Part shown: positions 22,880-33,512 of the stretch, one piece after another | Position numbering within the stretch: the first letter of the stretch is position 1 | Layout of the letters: every line of letters starts with the position of its first letter | Origin: Liolophura sinensis | Lineage: Eukaryota | DNA: 64,000 bases | Direction of reading: 5' to 3' | Assembly (NCBI RefSeq): GCF_032854445.1 | Contig: NC_088295.1 | Location: forward strand, 32,146,510-32,210,509 | The notes under the pieces: model-generated | What the model was told of the DNA's origin: nothing | Databases searched by the model: none | Seen by the model: the letters and a program-made list of their open reading frames with translations, nothing else | Translations under genes and position numbers: made by a program

Positions 22880-23340
22880 GTGCCGTGTCTTCATTAACAT
22901 GTCACATTCTTCAAACTCTCTTATCATTAGCTTGTCACATTCTACAAGCTATCTTATCATTAGCATGTCACATTCTCCAGACCTTTTTATCATTAACTTC
23001 ACATTCTGCAGACCCTTTTATCATTAACTTATCACATTCTACAGGTCCTTTTTTCATTAATTTGTCAAATTCTACAGGTCCTTTTATCATTAACATATCA
23101 CATTCTACAAATCCTCTCGTCATTAACATATCACATTCTATAAGCCCTCTCATCATTAACTCGTCACGCTCTACAAGCTTTCTTATCATTAACATATCAC
23201 ATTCTGCAAGCTCTCTCATCATTAACTTGTCACATTCTACAAGCTCTCTTATCATTAACATATCACATTCGACAAATCCTCCCATCATTAACATGTCATA
23301 TTTTATTAAAGCCATCTCATCATTAACTTGTCACATTGTG
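22880..23340. repeat. Minisatellite, ~30-bp unit (..tatcattaacatatcacattctacaagctctct..), in intron 10 of gene B
   Basis: Periodic repetition. Track ORFs 22840..23343(+) and 22968..23315(-) are periodic artefacts. Confidence 0.9.
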
Positions 23341-23526
23341 TAAGCCCTTTGTTTATTAAAATGACCCACTATAAATTTGGTCTCGTCATTGAATATGTCA
23401 AATTATATATGTAGTATTTTCATTAAAATGCATCATTATATATGTCAGCTCCTCACTAACCTATCACACTCAAGTTTTATATTTACTGATGATACATGTA
23501 CACATACTGTATATTTGAAAATGCAG

Positions 23527-23684
23527 CTACATTCGTAATGAGGATCAGGAAGAAAGCAAGGCTGTGAAGGTTGTAGGCAATGTGACAGCTGATACAGAGG
23601 TGACTTTTGAGTACGGGATCAGACGAGAGAAGGACAAGAAGAAAGATGCTGCCAAGAAAACCAAAATAACTGAAACTTCAACAG
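23527..23684 (+). CDS. Gene B exon 11
   Basis: Acceptor tttgaaaatgcag| and donor G|GTAAGA. Reads (L)YIRNEDQEESKAVKVVGNVTADTEVTFEYGIRREKDKKKDAAKKTKITETST. Confidence 0.7.
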
Positions 23685-23830
23685 GTAAGAATCAGTATGC
23701 TGTGGCTGTATTAAAGCTGTCTGTCCCCACCTTGAATTTCTGTCAAAGGCACGACACAGGAGATTTTCCTGCCAACAATGAACAAATAAATTCCCATTTG
23801 CTGAGTTTGTTCATCATGAATTATTCACAG

Positions 23831-23873
23831 TGAAGGAAAAGGAAAACATTCGCGCACCAAGCACAACCATGAG
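23831..23873 (+). CDS. Candidate 43-nt cassette or poison exon of gene B; including it shifts the frame and terminates translation in exon 12
   Basis: Good acceptor ttattcacag| and consensus donor AG|GTAAGT, with an open reading VKEKENIRAPSTTM. Its length is not a multiple of 3, and the downstream frames only connect if it is skipped. Confidence 0.25.
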
Positions 23874-24501
23874 GTAAGTGTCTAATTCTGGGTTGTTTGA
23901 ATGATCATGGTATTCTCATGGAAAACCTGAACCAGAATGAAGGAAACCTAAAACATGTAGCTGCCAAACACTTGTCACTATTACAATAAAACCGGGAACA
24001 TCTCACTAATCTGTCTGATTCTGGAATTTTTTGGCTATCATGTCAGTTTAATAGTAGTCCTGAGTGGATTTATTAATAAATCTTGTTTTTATTAAATCAT
24101 AGAGGACTGATGATAAAAAAAAAGCACAGCATAAATTTATGTGGTTGTGATAACATTTTCCCTCTAAACATGATATTGATGATATTCTGCACATTGCACT
24201 AGTATTGAATGACACTGAAGTTCTAGATCCAAGTTTAGTGTTAACCCTAATTCTTCAACTGCCTGTGCAACCAATAAATTGAAACATTCTGAGAAGACTG
24301 TGGCGTGGAGAAATAATTGGCAGAGTTTTAGGAAGCTTGCATCTTCAGTGACAAACAAATCATTTTAGTATCATTTTCATAATAATTGTATGCATAAATT
24401 CCACTGAAAAAACCAACTGCTTTAGAGTTTAAAAAAGTTGAATATTTACAATATCTGTATTTAATGTGACAGCTGATTTTACGAAGTGTGTTTTTCTGCA
24501 G

Positions 24502-24672
24502 ACAATGACTCACAGGAGGGGGCCACTGTAACTGCTGCAACCACAACACCTGAGCAAAAGGAGAGTCCAGTGGAGTACCCCTTCCAACTTCAGATTCAGT
24601 ATACTGACACCGAAGGAGCGAAGGCATTGAGGGTGTTCACGCAGAAGAAACCTGTGACGTATGAGAGGACTG
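24502..24672 (+). CDS. Gene B exon 12 (3' end uncertain: the in-frame weak donor CTG|GTGGCT at 24673 is used here; a consensus GTAAGT donor at 24686 lies after an in-frame TGA at 24678)
   Basis: Acceptor gtgtttttctgcag|. Reads (D)NDSQEGATVTAATTTPEQKESPVEYPFQLQIQYTDTEGAKALRVFTQKKPVTYERT. All three frames contain stops before the strong donor. Confidence 0.5.
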
Positions 24673-24989
24673 GTGGCTGAAAGTGGTAAGTAATTAAAAG
24701 GTGATGAACACACAGTTACAGATTCAGTGCTGTCTGCAGTTCACCTTTGAGGGAAACAAATCACCTTTTTGGGAGGCCACCGAAAAGTTGACTTGGGATC
24801 TGCAAGGAGCACTGAGTGGAAAAGTTTATACAACTTAACTCCAACCCTCATGGAAGATCTGCAGAAGGTTGGCAGAGGGTCCACATGGAATTGTGGAAAT
24901 GCCCATGCTGCTTATTAAACCCTAACTTTCAATCATGGCAGTCCAGATCAGGGTTGGCAGAGACTTTTCACAGTACCTATTAACCTTAA

Positions 24990-25135
24990 CCCTCCTGGAG
25001 GGTCACATCTGCCAGTAACCTGTGGATGGTCATGGGGATCTCCCTGGCTGGAAGTCATTGTATAAGTAAAACATTCTTGAGCATGGGATGAAACTACAAT
25101 GAAATAAACAAATAGATAAATAAATAAATTCATGG
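24990..25135 (+). mobile_element. SINE family 1 3'-fragment (diverged)
   Basis: ..aacctgtggatggtcatggggatctccctgg..gtataagtaaaacattcttgagcatgg..aaataaacaaatagataaataaataaatt. Confidence 0.5.
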
Positions 25136-25305
25136 AGCGCCTGTGGAAGTCTCCAGAATCGCCCAACACCAAGTTGGTGATTTATAGCTAGGCCACGCTA
25201 TAATGCCTTATCCAATTTTACACAGATTTGAAGCCTGGTGTTTCCTTTCTTTAGTATCAAGGCAGAACCTGTAAGTGGAGTTGATGTTTATGGTTTGTAT
25301 TGCAG

Positions 25306-25429
25306 ACATTAACCTAGATGTTCTCGGTACCCACACAGCCCAAACCTCTGCCCAGCTGGCTATGGCTGGAGCCTACTCCCAGTCTCGAGGCATAGCTTTA
25401 ATGAACCAGCGCCTGGCATGGAGATACAG
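25306..25429 (+). CDS. Gene B exon 13
   Basis: Acceptor tggtttgtattgcag| and donor AG|GTAAAT. Reads (D)INLDVLGTHTAQTSAQLAMAGAYSQSRGIALMNQRLAWRY. Only this frame is open. Confidence 0.6.
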
Positions 25430-26069
25430 GTAAATGGTCACACCTCTAGTTTGTTCTGCATTACTGGATTTCACTAATTTTCCAACTTTCTATCTTCTAG
25501 GGTACATACATTTTCAGCTTCATTCATTTTGGCTGTTGGGTCGGTAGGCCCGTCAATCATTGAAATTTTTGACGTCTAATTTTTGACATGGACATCCTAT
25601 GTTTTAACACAACAATGGATCACATAACATTTTCACATAACAATTGATCTTAGTGCAAGAGGCGATTAAATCTTGTTTAGGTGAAATTGCAGCTATTTAA
25701 AATTTGACCTTTTAATACAGACTATGTAAGACGAAAACTGTGTACAAACTTTGAACAAAACTGTGAATTTTTTTTTTTTTCTCTGTCTCAAAACGCCACC
25801 CTTTATGTCGTGATCTTCAAGCTGTTCAACTGACTCCCTAAGGCATGATATGTGTAGGATAAGCATTTATCAAATGGTTTTATATGAACACAGCTCTAAA
25901 ATTTGATGGGGTTAAGTTATTCTTCCATCACACCTACATGTATACACTCAGTGGAAGTTAGACATTCAGCTTCTTTTATTGTAGTATTTTCAGCTCATTC
26001 ATTCAACATTATACATGTCTTTCTGAGGTAAATTAATCAGCACCCTATTTTTTCATTGTTCTGTTTTAG

Positions 26070-26163
26070 ACAAAACAAGAATGACAAGAAGAGCAAAGTG
26101 GCCTACAAGACCATCTTTGAGAATGTCCGAAAGATGGAGAATCAAGTAAATGTGATCCAACAG
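26070..26163 (+). CDS. Gene B exon 14
   Basis: Acceptor ttctgttttag| and donor CAG|GTATGT. Reads (R)QNKNDKKSKVAYKTIFENVRKMENQVNVIQQ. The 30-bp minisatellite begins right at the donor. Confidence 0.6.
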
Positions 26164-26165
26164 GT

Positions 26166-27715
26166 ATGTTTGTTATCTACCGGTGCATAACATGTAGGTT
26201 TGTTATCTACAGGTGTATAACATGTAAGTTCGTTATTTACAAGTGTATGGCATGTAGGTTTGTTATCTACAGGTGTATAACATGTAAGTTCGTTATTTAC
26301 AAGTGTGTAGCATGTAGGTTTGTTATCTACAGGTGTATAACATGTAAGTTCGTTATTTACAAGTGTATGGCATGTAGGTTTGTTATCTACAGGTGTATAA
26401 CATGTAAGTTCGTTATTTACAAGTGTATAGCATGTAGGTTTGTTATCTACCAGTGTATAGCATGTAAGTTTGTTATCTACCAGTGTATAGCATGTAAGTT
26501 TGTTATCTACCAGTGTATGGCATGTAGGTTTGTTATCTACAGGTGTATAACATGTAAGTTCTTTATTTACAAGTGTATAGTATGTAGGTTTGTTATCTAC
26601 CAGTGTATAGCATGTAAGTTTGTTGTCTACCAGTGTATGGCATGTAGGTTTGTTATCCACCAGTGTATAGCATGTAGGTTTGTTATCTACCAGTGCATAG
26701 CATGTAAGTTTGTTATCTACCAGTGTATGGCATGTAGGTTTGTTATCTACCAGTGTATAGCATGTAGGTTTGTTATCTACCAGTACATAGCATGTAAGTT
26801 TGTTATCTACCAGTGTATGGCATGTAGGTTTGTTATCTACCAGTGTATGGCATGTAGGTTTGTTATCTACCAGTGTATAGCATGTAGGTTTGTTATCTAC
26901 CAGTGCATAGCATGCAGGTTTGTTATTTACCATTGTGTAGCATGTAGGTTTGTTATCTACCAGTGTATAGCATGTAGGTTTGTTATCTACCAGTGTATAG
27001 CATGTAGGTTTGTTATCTACCAGTGTGTAGCATGTAGGTTTGTTATCTACCAGTGCATAGCATGTAAGTTTGTTATCTACCGGTGTATGGCATGTAGGTT
27101 TGTTATCCACCAGTGTATAGCATGTAGGTTTGTTATCTACCAGTGTATAGCATGTAGGTTTGTTATCTACCAGTGTATAGCATGTAGGTTTGTTATTTAC
27201 CAGTGTGTAGCATGTAGGTTTGTTATCTACCAGTGCATAGCATGTAAGTTTGTTATCTACCAGTGTATGGCATGTAGGTTTGTTATCCACCAGTGTATAG
27301 CATGTAGGTTTGTTATCTACCAGTGCGTAGCATGTAAGTTTGGTATCCACCAGTGTAGGGCCTGTAGGTTTGTTATCTACCAGTGTATAGCATGTAGGTT
27401 TGTTATCTACCAGTGTATAGCATGTAAGTTTGTTATCTACCAGTGTATGGCATGTAGGTTTGTTATCTACCAGTGTATAGCATGTAGGTTTGTTATCTAC
27501 CAGTGTATAGCATGTAAGTTCGTTATTTACAAGTGTATAGCATGTAGGTTTGTTATCTACCAGTGTATAGCATGTAGGTTTGTTATCTACCAGTGCATAG
27601 CATGTAGGTTTGTTATCTACCAGTGTATAGCATGTAGGTTTGTTATCTACCAGTGCATAGCATGTAAGTTTGTTATCTACCAGTGTATAGCATGTAGGTT
27701 ATATAGCTTATAGGT
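26166..27715 (+). repeat. Minisatellite of about 51 copies of a 30-bp unit (catgtaggtttgttatctaccagtgtatag), starting exactly at the 5' splice site of gene B exon 14
   Basis: The first unit is the donor itself (cag|GTATGTTTGTTATCTACCGGTGCATAA); later units are variants (GTAGGT / GTAAGT). The 515-aa and 402-aa track ORFs here are purely periodic. Confidence 0.95.
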
Positions 27716-28521
27716 TTTTTTCATGGGATAGGCAGTTTCTTGTTTGTTACAGGTGAGATATACATGTTGTTGTTGAGAATGTGTCATTACCTATATATGT
27801 AGTAAATTAGTCAGAGATAAGCCCAGTGCACTCGGACAACATTTGTTGTAAAAAACAGGATATCTTGATCCTGACAATAAAAAAATCCTGGAAACTTACT
27901 TATGTGCTGGTAACCACAACAGTGATGCCTGATTATGGAACACTTGATCCAAAGTTTCTGCTTGTTTCATTTTGGGTAACAAAAAGTCCAGAAACAGTTG
28001 AGCCAGACACAAGACTTTGCTCATCTGTGGGCAGTCTGGATCTTGTGAGATAATTGTCGTTTACATCAACCAGTCAGAGTCTTTGAAAATGTCATGTGAG
28101 TACATACATGTACAAAATAGAAGCAGTACATGTATGTACTCACATTTTTTAGGGGTCACATGTCCTTGAATGTACCTTGTGACTGTCTTTCGCTGATGGA
28201 ATCTTCCAAAATGGACAACAAATGTTGCTCTTGTGCGGGTAACCAATATTCCGCATCATTTGACCCCGGGATCTGAAAATGCAGTTTTTAACAAAAAATG
28301 TTGTCCGTGTGTGCGAGGCTATATTTACTGTTTAGTTGTAGCCTGCATGTATCTTTTATTGTCCTTTACTACAACAGTCTGAAAGTTGCAACTTTTGCAA
28401 ATATTACGTTATTATTGTAAGTTGGTCTGATATTTCACCTTTATATAACTAATAAATCATGTTACACTTTAGTTTCATGAGTATTTTTTTTATTGAGGAT
28501 GATATTGATGTTGTTTAACAG

Positions 28522-28626
28522 AAGGAACGTAAAACTCTTGGGTCCACATACAGTGATGAGGAAGATGATGAAGACAAAGTAGATCACCCTACAGCTCTGA
28601 GAAAAACTCAGAAAAAGAAAATGCTG
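28522..28626 (+). CDS. Gene B exon 15
   Basis: Acceptor gttgtttaacag| and donor CTG|GTAAGA. Reads KERKTLGSTYSDEEDDEDKVDHPTALRKTQKKKML. Confidence 0.6.
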
Positions 28627-28739
28627 GTAAGATATGCATTTCTCACTGGTGTTTCCCCACCACCATGTTCTAGTGCTGCAGCAAATAATTATAATATATA
28701 TAATAAATACATGTGTATAAATTTGTTTCTGTTATCTTT

Positions 28740-29300
28740 CATAAGATGTTTTAGTGAGGTAGCACAATAAATATGTGAATTTATCACTGGTATCTCTGCC
28801 AAGATGCTTAATGAGGCAGCACCATAAATATGAGCATGTGTCACTAGTATCTCTGATAGGATGCTTTAGTGAGGCAGCACAATATTAATATGGGCATTTG
28901 TTAGTGGTATCATTGATAGGATGCTTTAGTGAAGCAGCACAGTAAATGTGGGTATTTGTCACTGGCATCTCTGATAGGATGCTTTAGTGAGGCAGCACCA
29001 TAAATATGAGCATGTGTCACTGGCATCTGTTATAGGATGCCTTAGTGAAGTAGCACAATAAATATGGGCATTTGTCACTGGTATCTCTGATAAAGTACTT
29101 TAGTGAGGCAGCACCATAAATATGAGCATTGTCGCCAGTGTCTCTCATAGGATGCTTTAGTAAGGTAGCACAATAAATATGGACATTTGTCACGTATTTT
29201 TATAGGATACTTTAGTGAGGCAGCACCATAAATATGAGCATTTGTCACCAGTATCTCAGACAGATGCTTTAGTGAAGTAGAACAGTAAATATGGACATTT
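28740..29300. repeat. Minisatellite, ~60-bp unit (..gatgctttagtgaggcagcaccataaatatgagcatttgtcactggtatctctgatagg..), in intron 15 of gene B
   Basis: About nine visible tandem copies. Confidence 0.9.
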
Positions 29301-29561
29301 ATTATTGGTACATGTATCTGATAGGATGTTTAAATAAAGCAGCTCAGTAGATATGTGTATTTGTCACTGTTTTCTCTGTATTTACCTGTATATAACTGTC
29401 ATATGCTATAACATTCATGTAATGATAAATATTTGAACAAGTCATCAACACCTCCAAACCCGCCTATATGCTGTCGTTCTGTAATGATAACTATGGTGTA
29501 GGTGTCGGATTTGAATCCTAATTTAGACTATTTGTATATCCTTTTCTTTCTTTCTTTTCAG

Positions 29562-29654
29562 AAAGCCTCCCGAACAACTGCATGCCCTGATGATGTGTAT
29601 TTAGGCATGTATGATATGAGACATGCAAACATGTCTAAACTAGCTAAGAAATAA
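29562..29654 (+). CDS. Gene B terminal coding exon (stop TAA at 29652-29654)
   Basis: Acceptor tttctttcttttcag|. Reads KASRTTACPDDVYLGMYDMRHANMSKLAKK*. Confidence 0.6.
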   Translation, partial: KASRTTACPDDVYLGMYDMRHANMSKLAKK

Positions 29655-31689
29655 CCTGACATGTTTATTCTTCTTGAATTTCTGATACATGTATATGTAG
29701 CAGCTGTAGAATAGTTCTTTCTTATTTGTGACATTTTATGCCCTTATTTTATGACTTGTGCTTTTTGAGTTCTTATATTTTTGTAACCATAGGCAGAAAC
29801 TTTTCATTTCTGTTAATTGGTCAAAAAGTCATCATTACACACGCACTGAAGACTGTTAGCCAGCTGTATACACCTGTTTTGTATTAGACTTGTTTTTTAT
29901 GTTTTAAATCTACAGAAGTAATATTAGCCAAATAGTGCTTTAACACACTTCCATTGTCAGCTACATGTACTTACTAAAGATGACAGCGAAGTTACATATT
30001 CAGTACGGATATGAATTGTTTTATGGTACATTTACTAAAGAGTATAAGTATTATTATAAGCTATATTCCCTGTTATGTGACTGACTGTGGACCAAGATTT
30101 ATATATGAAGAGTCTCTTAACAATAGTGTCATATGTTCACTCCATGCATCTCCTATGTATCTCCTCTTCTGTGACTCGTCTGAACCCTGCTACAAAGCAG
30201 GAACCATATTGCATCTGGCCAAACATTTATGCCTCTCATCACATCCATATCTGACCAAACATTCTCGGTATTCACTTAAACCAGTTGGTTTCTTCTGCAG
30301 CGACGAAATAAAATGTATATGTAGTTAAGATTTTAAGTCAGTTCATGCTGAGATTTTATTAGGTTACAGTAACATCTGTACAGTTCATGGTATTCTAGGT
30401 TCTTCACAAGATCTAAAAGCAAACATGCCTCTGATACATACATGTACCTTTGGACCATACATGTTATACTTGACCCAATTAATACACCTTCATTAGTCTT
30501 GCGTTATGTGCTATGTGATGAAGGATGTGACAAATTTGAAAAAAAGCAAAATTTAGCACTTCCATACTTGATGAAACTTGATGATAATAGATTCTGTCGC
30601 TCTTCATTTTTGAGGGCTGGTACCATATAATTATTCATGATTTTGAATGTTTATATGAATATTCTTGAAATAATTTGTTTTTAAAATATATTTTATGATT
30701 AAAACATTTTAATATACAAAGGCATGAAAACCTCTAGTTGCGGTGTTATTAAGTTGGTTATTAATGCATTTAACAGAGTTATTTGACACATGATGATCTG
30801 TACTGCCATATCAACTCTGATGTACAGTACTGACTGTGTTGTAGTCTAATTTGTGTATTTGACCTGAAATTTTTAACACGACTGCCTGATTATGAAAACT
30901 CTGTGTCTCTTAGAAAGAAGTTTTTGCTTTTATCCAGAAGGTAGGGTGATATCCTACCAGACAAAAGTGAGTTTTAGTGCCAGAAATGATAGTTTATGAT
31001 CTATATTTGTCTGTAAAAATGCTGTTTTTTTCATGTGAAGTTTTAGGACAGACACAATAGCTCTCTTTCTACCGTACATATATGTATAAAACATGTTTAC
31101 TTATAATAGAGCGTTTGTTTTGATTATTGTTGTTGTACAGATTCTTGTTAAAGTATGTATGTTTCATACAAAATGCTGCTCAACCTCTAAGAGAGTAAGA
31201 TCAAATTTATTGGATAGACAAGCATTGATCTTCAACAGACATTCAAGATTAGGTCAGTGGTATTGGGGAGTTAAATATGTGTATGTAGAAACAAAACATA
31301 CCTAATGTTAGTTATAACAAGGTGGTCATAATTAATAACACCAACCAAGTCTGATATCACAACAGTGATACAGATGTTAATTCACTGTTTTAATTATGTT
31401 CATGTTGATATGTTAATATGATAGGTTAAATAAAAGTGCTACATCGTCTGTTAAGGTGTATCTGTATTATGGGAGTGTTTTGTTCTCATTGGTTGTTACC
31501 ACATTAAGTTAATATAATCTACTTATTTATTTATTTGATTGTTTAATACCAAATAAAAGATAAGTAAGCCATGTGATCAAGTTATAAGCTTAGATTTCTG
31601 GGGGCTGTCACATCCGTGAATATGATGACTGAAAGCACTTAAAATGAAAACAGCGCGAGTGTAAGTCAAATTAAATATTTACCGGACCC

Positions 31690-32010
31690 CCAGACTAACG
31701 TAAAAAGTTGGCATATGTCTGTTTGAAATCAAAGGTAGGAATTTCTATAGCTAACGCCAAGATTGGCGTTAAAACTTGGAGGTTGTCCAATCGCCAGGTT
31801 CAAATGAAAACTTGCCAGTAGTCAGACATTCAGGCCAAGTCGAATTGTTGCAAGTCGTCCGACACCAGATACATTGTGCTAAAAAGTTGGCTGTTGTTTC
31901 ACACCAAAACGGGGGTAAATCTTGGCAGTGCCAACAGATTGGGATACCAAGTTGGCAGTTGTCTGACTTCCAAACTTTGGTACGAAGTTGACGACATCAA
32001 TTATCGGGCG
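31690..32010. repeat. Degenerate short tandem repeat built on ..aagttggc..gttgtc..
   Basis: Recurring aaaagttggc / ccaagttggcagttgtctgac motifs. Track ORF 31776..31991 is periodic. Confidence 0.6.
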
Positions 32011-32507
32011 AACGGGTTGCTGTTTGGGTGGCAAATTTAATGAATAAGACGTATGCGTCTAATTACGTGTACATGAAAAACCAACCACTGATGATGCTTA
32101 TAGACGCCGACAAGATACTGATGTGGGAGTCTCTCGGGGGATCTGGTTCTCAACCTTAACCTATAGGCCAAAGAATGGTTAGTACGGTCTCAGTATGAGT
32201 GAATTGGTGTGTACTGTGTCATGAATTTTAAGTGACATGGTGAAAACAAAAATGCTTTGGAAGCCAAATGATCTTCAACAGGCTTCATGTAAGGCCACAT
32301 GAGCGGTCTCGATCTGCTTATTTCCAGCAGCAGCTAAGATAGCGGAATGTCTGAAATTTCTTTTTCCAAGACTGGGACTGGACTGACTAACACAACGCAC
32401 ATCTGTGCTAAAAATGCTTCAGTGCCAAGTCAGAAAATACGAGGAAGTCTGATAAATCATGAATAAAGATGTTTATTATAGAGGTCTTGGTTTTGTGCAA
32501 AATGCCC

Positions 32508-33122
32508 ATGTATATCGGGTGGGCATAAAAAAATGGACCGTACTTTGACACTCATTATCTCCAAAACCCTCTTACGTCAGCTTCTAAAAATGTACACACT
32601 CAAAAGCCATTATGTCCTATGTATACAGACCAAATTTCAATTTCATGCTTTAAGATTTCTGTTCATCGGACTAGAATCAAAACAGAGTGAAAAACGCATG
32701 TTCCGGACATTTCAAAATGATGTTCTACCTTGTTTTACTTGAAAAGGTGATCAATTGGTCCTCCATATTCTCGGTAGACGGCGCGCAAACCTTTCTTCCA
32801 TGAACTGATTGAGTCCCGAATCTCCTTAAGAGTAATTTTATCCAGCAGTCCTTGATACTTCTCAAACAGTTGCAGCGTGTGCTTTACTCATGACACCTGA
32901 CAGGTGATGCAATGTGGGTCACCGGAACGAGCGTTTTTGAGGCTATGTTTTCATTTTAACCCTGAGTACAGACTGCTACAGACTGACCTTGAAAATTGAT
33001 CAGTATGTTAACAAATCATGCCATTTGAATGTCTAAAGTTTGAAAAGGTTTGAACAAAGGATAATGGAGCAATGCAACATCAAAGTACGGTCCATTTTTC
33101 TATGCCCCCCTCCCCCGATATA
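32508..33122. mobile_element. Non-autonomous DNA transposon (MITE-like), ~600 bp with ~29-40 bp terminal inverted repeats
   Basis: Left end atatcgggtgggcataaaaaaatggaccgtactttga is the inverted complement of the right end tcaaagtacggtccatttttctatgcccccctcccccgatat. No intact transposase ORF lies inside. Confidence 0.7.
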
Positions 33123-33399
33123 ATCACCATTGTAGCTGAGATTACAGACAATTGCTCATGATTTGAGCAACTTTTTACTTCTACATTGTATATGCAGAAA
33201 GAAGAAAGTCACGCACCTCCTGAAATTATACCATGACGAATGACATATTTGCTGTTATGTGAGATATGAGGCTGACAAACGTTGATCTCGCAGAAATTGC
33301 TTTTTTAAGGCTAGACCTATGGGTCGCACCGACATTCGTATATCAGCCGTCAACCAGTTAAACAATCGCACCGCCAATCCCCAAAATGACTTTTCACAC

Positions 33400-33512
33400 A
33401 AACCACCAAAGAACCAAAGAACCTTCGGATGATCATACGTTTCATGCTCTGCCCGGTTTCCTCCCCTCATAATGCTGGCCACTGACGTATACGCGAAATA
33501 TCCTTGAGTACC
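33400..33512 (+). mobile_element. SINE family 1 3'-fragment
   Basis: ctgcccggtttcctcccctcataatgctggccactgacgtatacgcgaaatatccttgagtaccgcggcg. Confidence 0.6.

Noticed and set aside
22840-23343. Track ORFs of 167 aa (+) and 115 aa (-) in intron 10 of gene B
   Set aside because: Periodic translation of a 30-bp minisatellite.
26142-27713. Track ORFs of 515 aa (+) and 402 aa (-) with perfectly periodic peptides
   Set aside because: They are translations of the 30-bp intronic minisatellite in two orientations. Every 10 residues repeat and there is no non-repetitive flank.
26166-27715. Could the highly regular 30-bp repeat arrays (also 1-790 and 28740-29300) be CRISPR arrays?
   Set aside because: The units are contiguous with no unique spacers. 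The context is a spliced metazoan gene with SINEs and microsatellites. These are eukaryotic minisatellites.
32742-32900. Possible transposase fragment inside the MITE (minus strand)
   Set aside because: It is only about 40 codons open with no catalytic motifs, too weak to call as a CDS. It is mentioned only as a possible relic.
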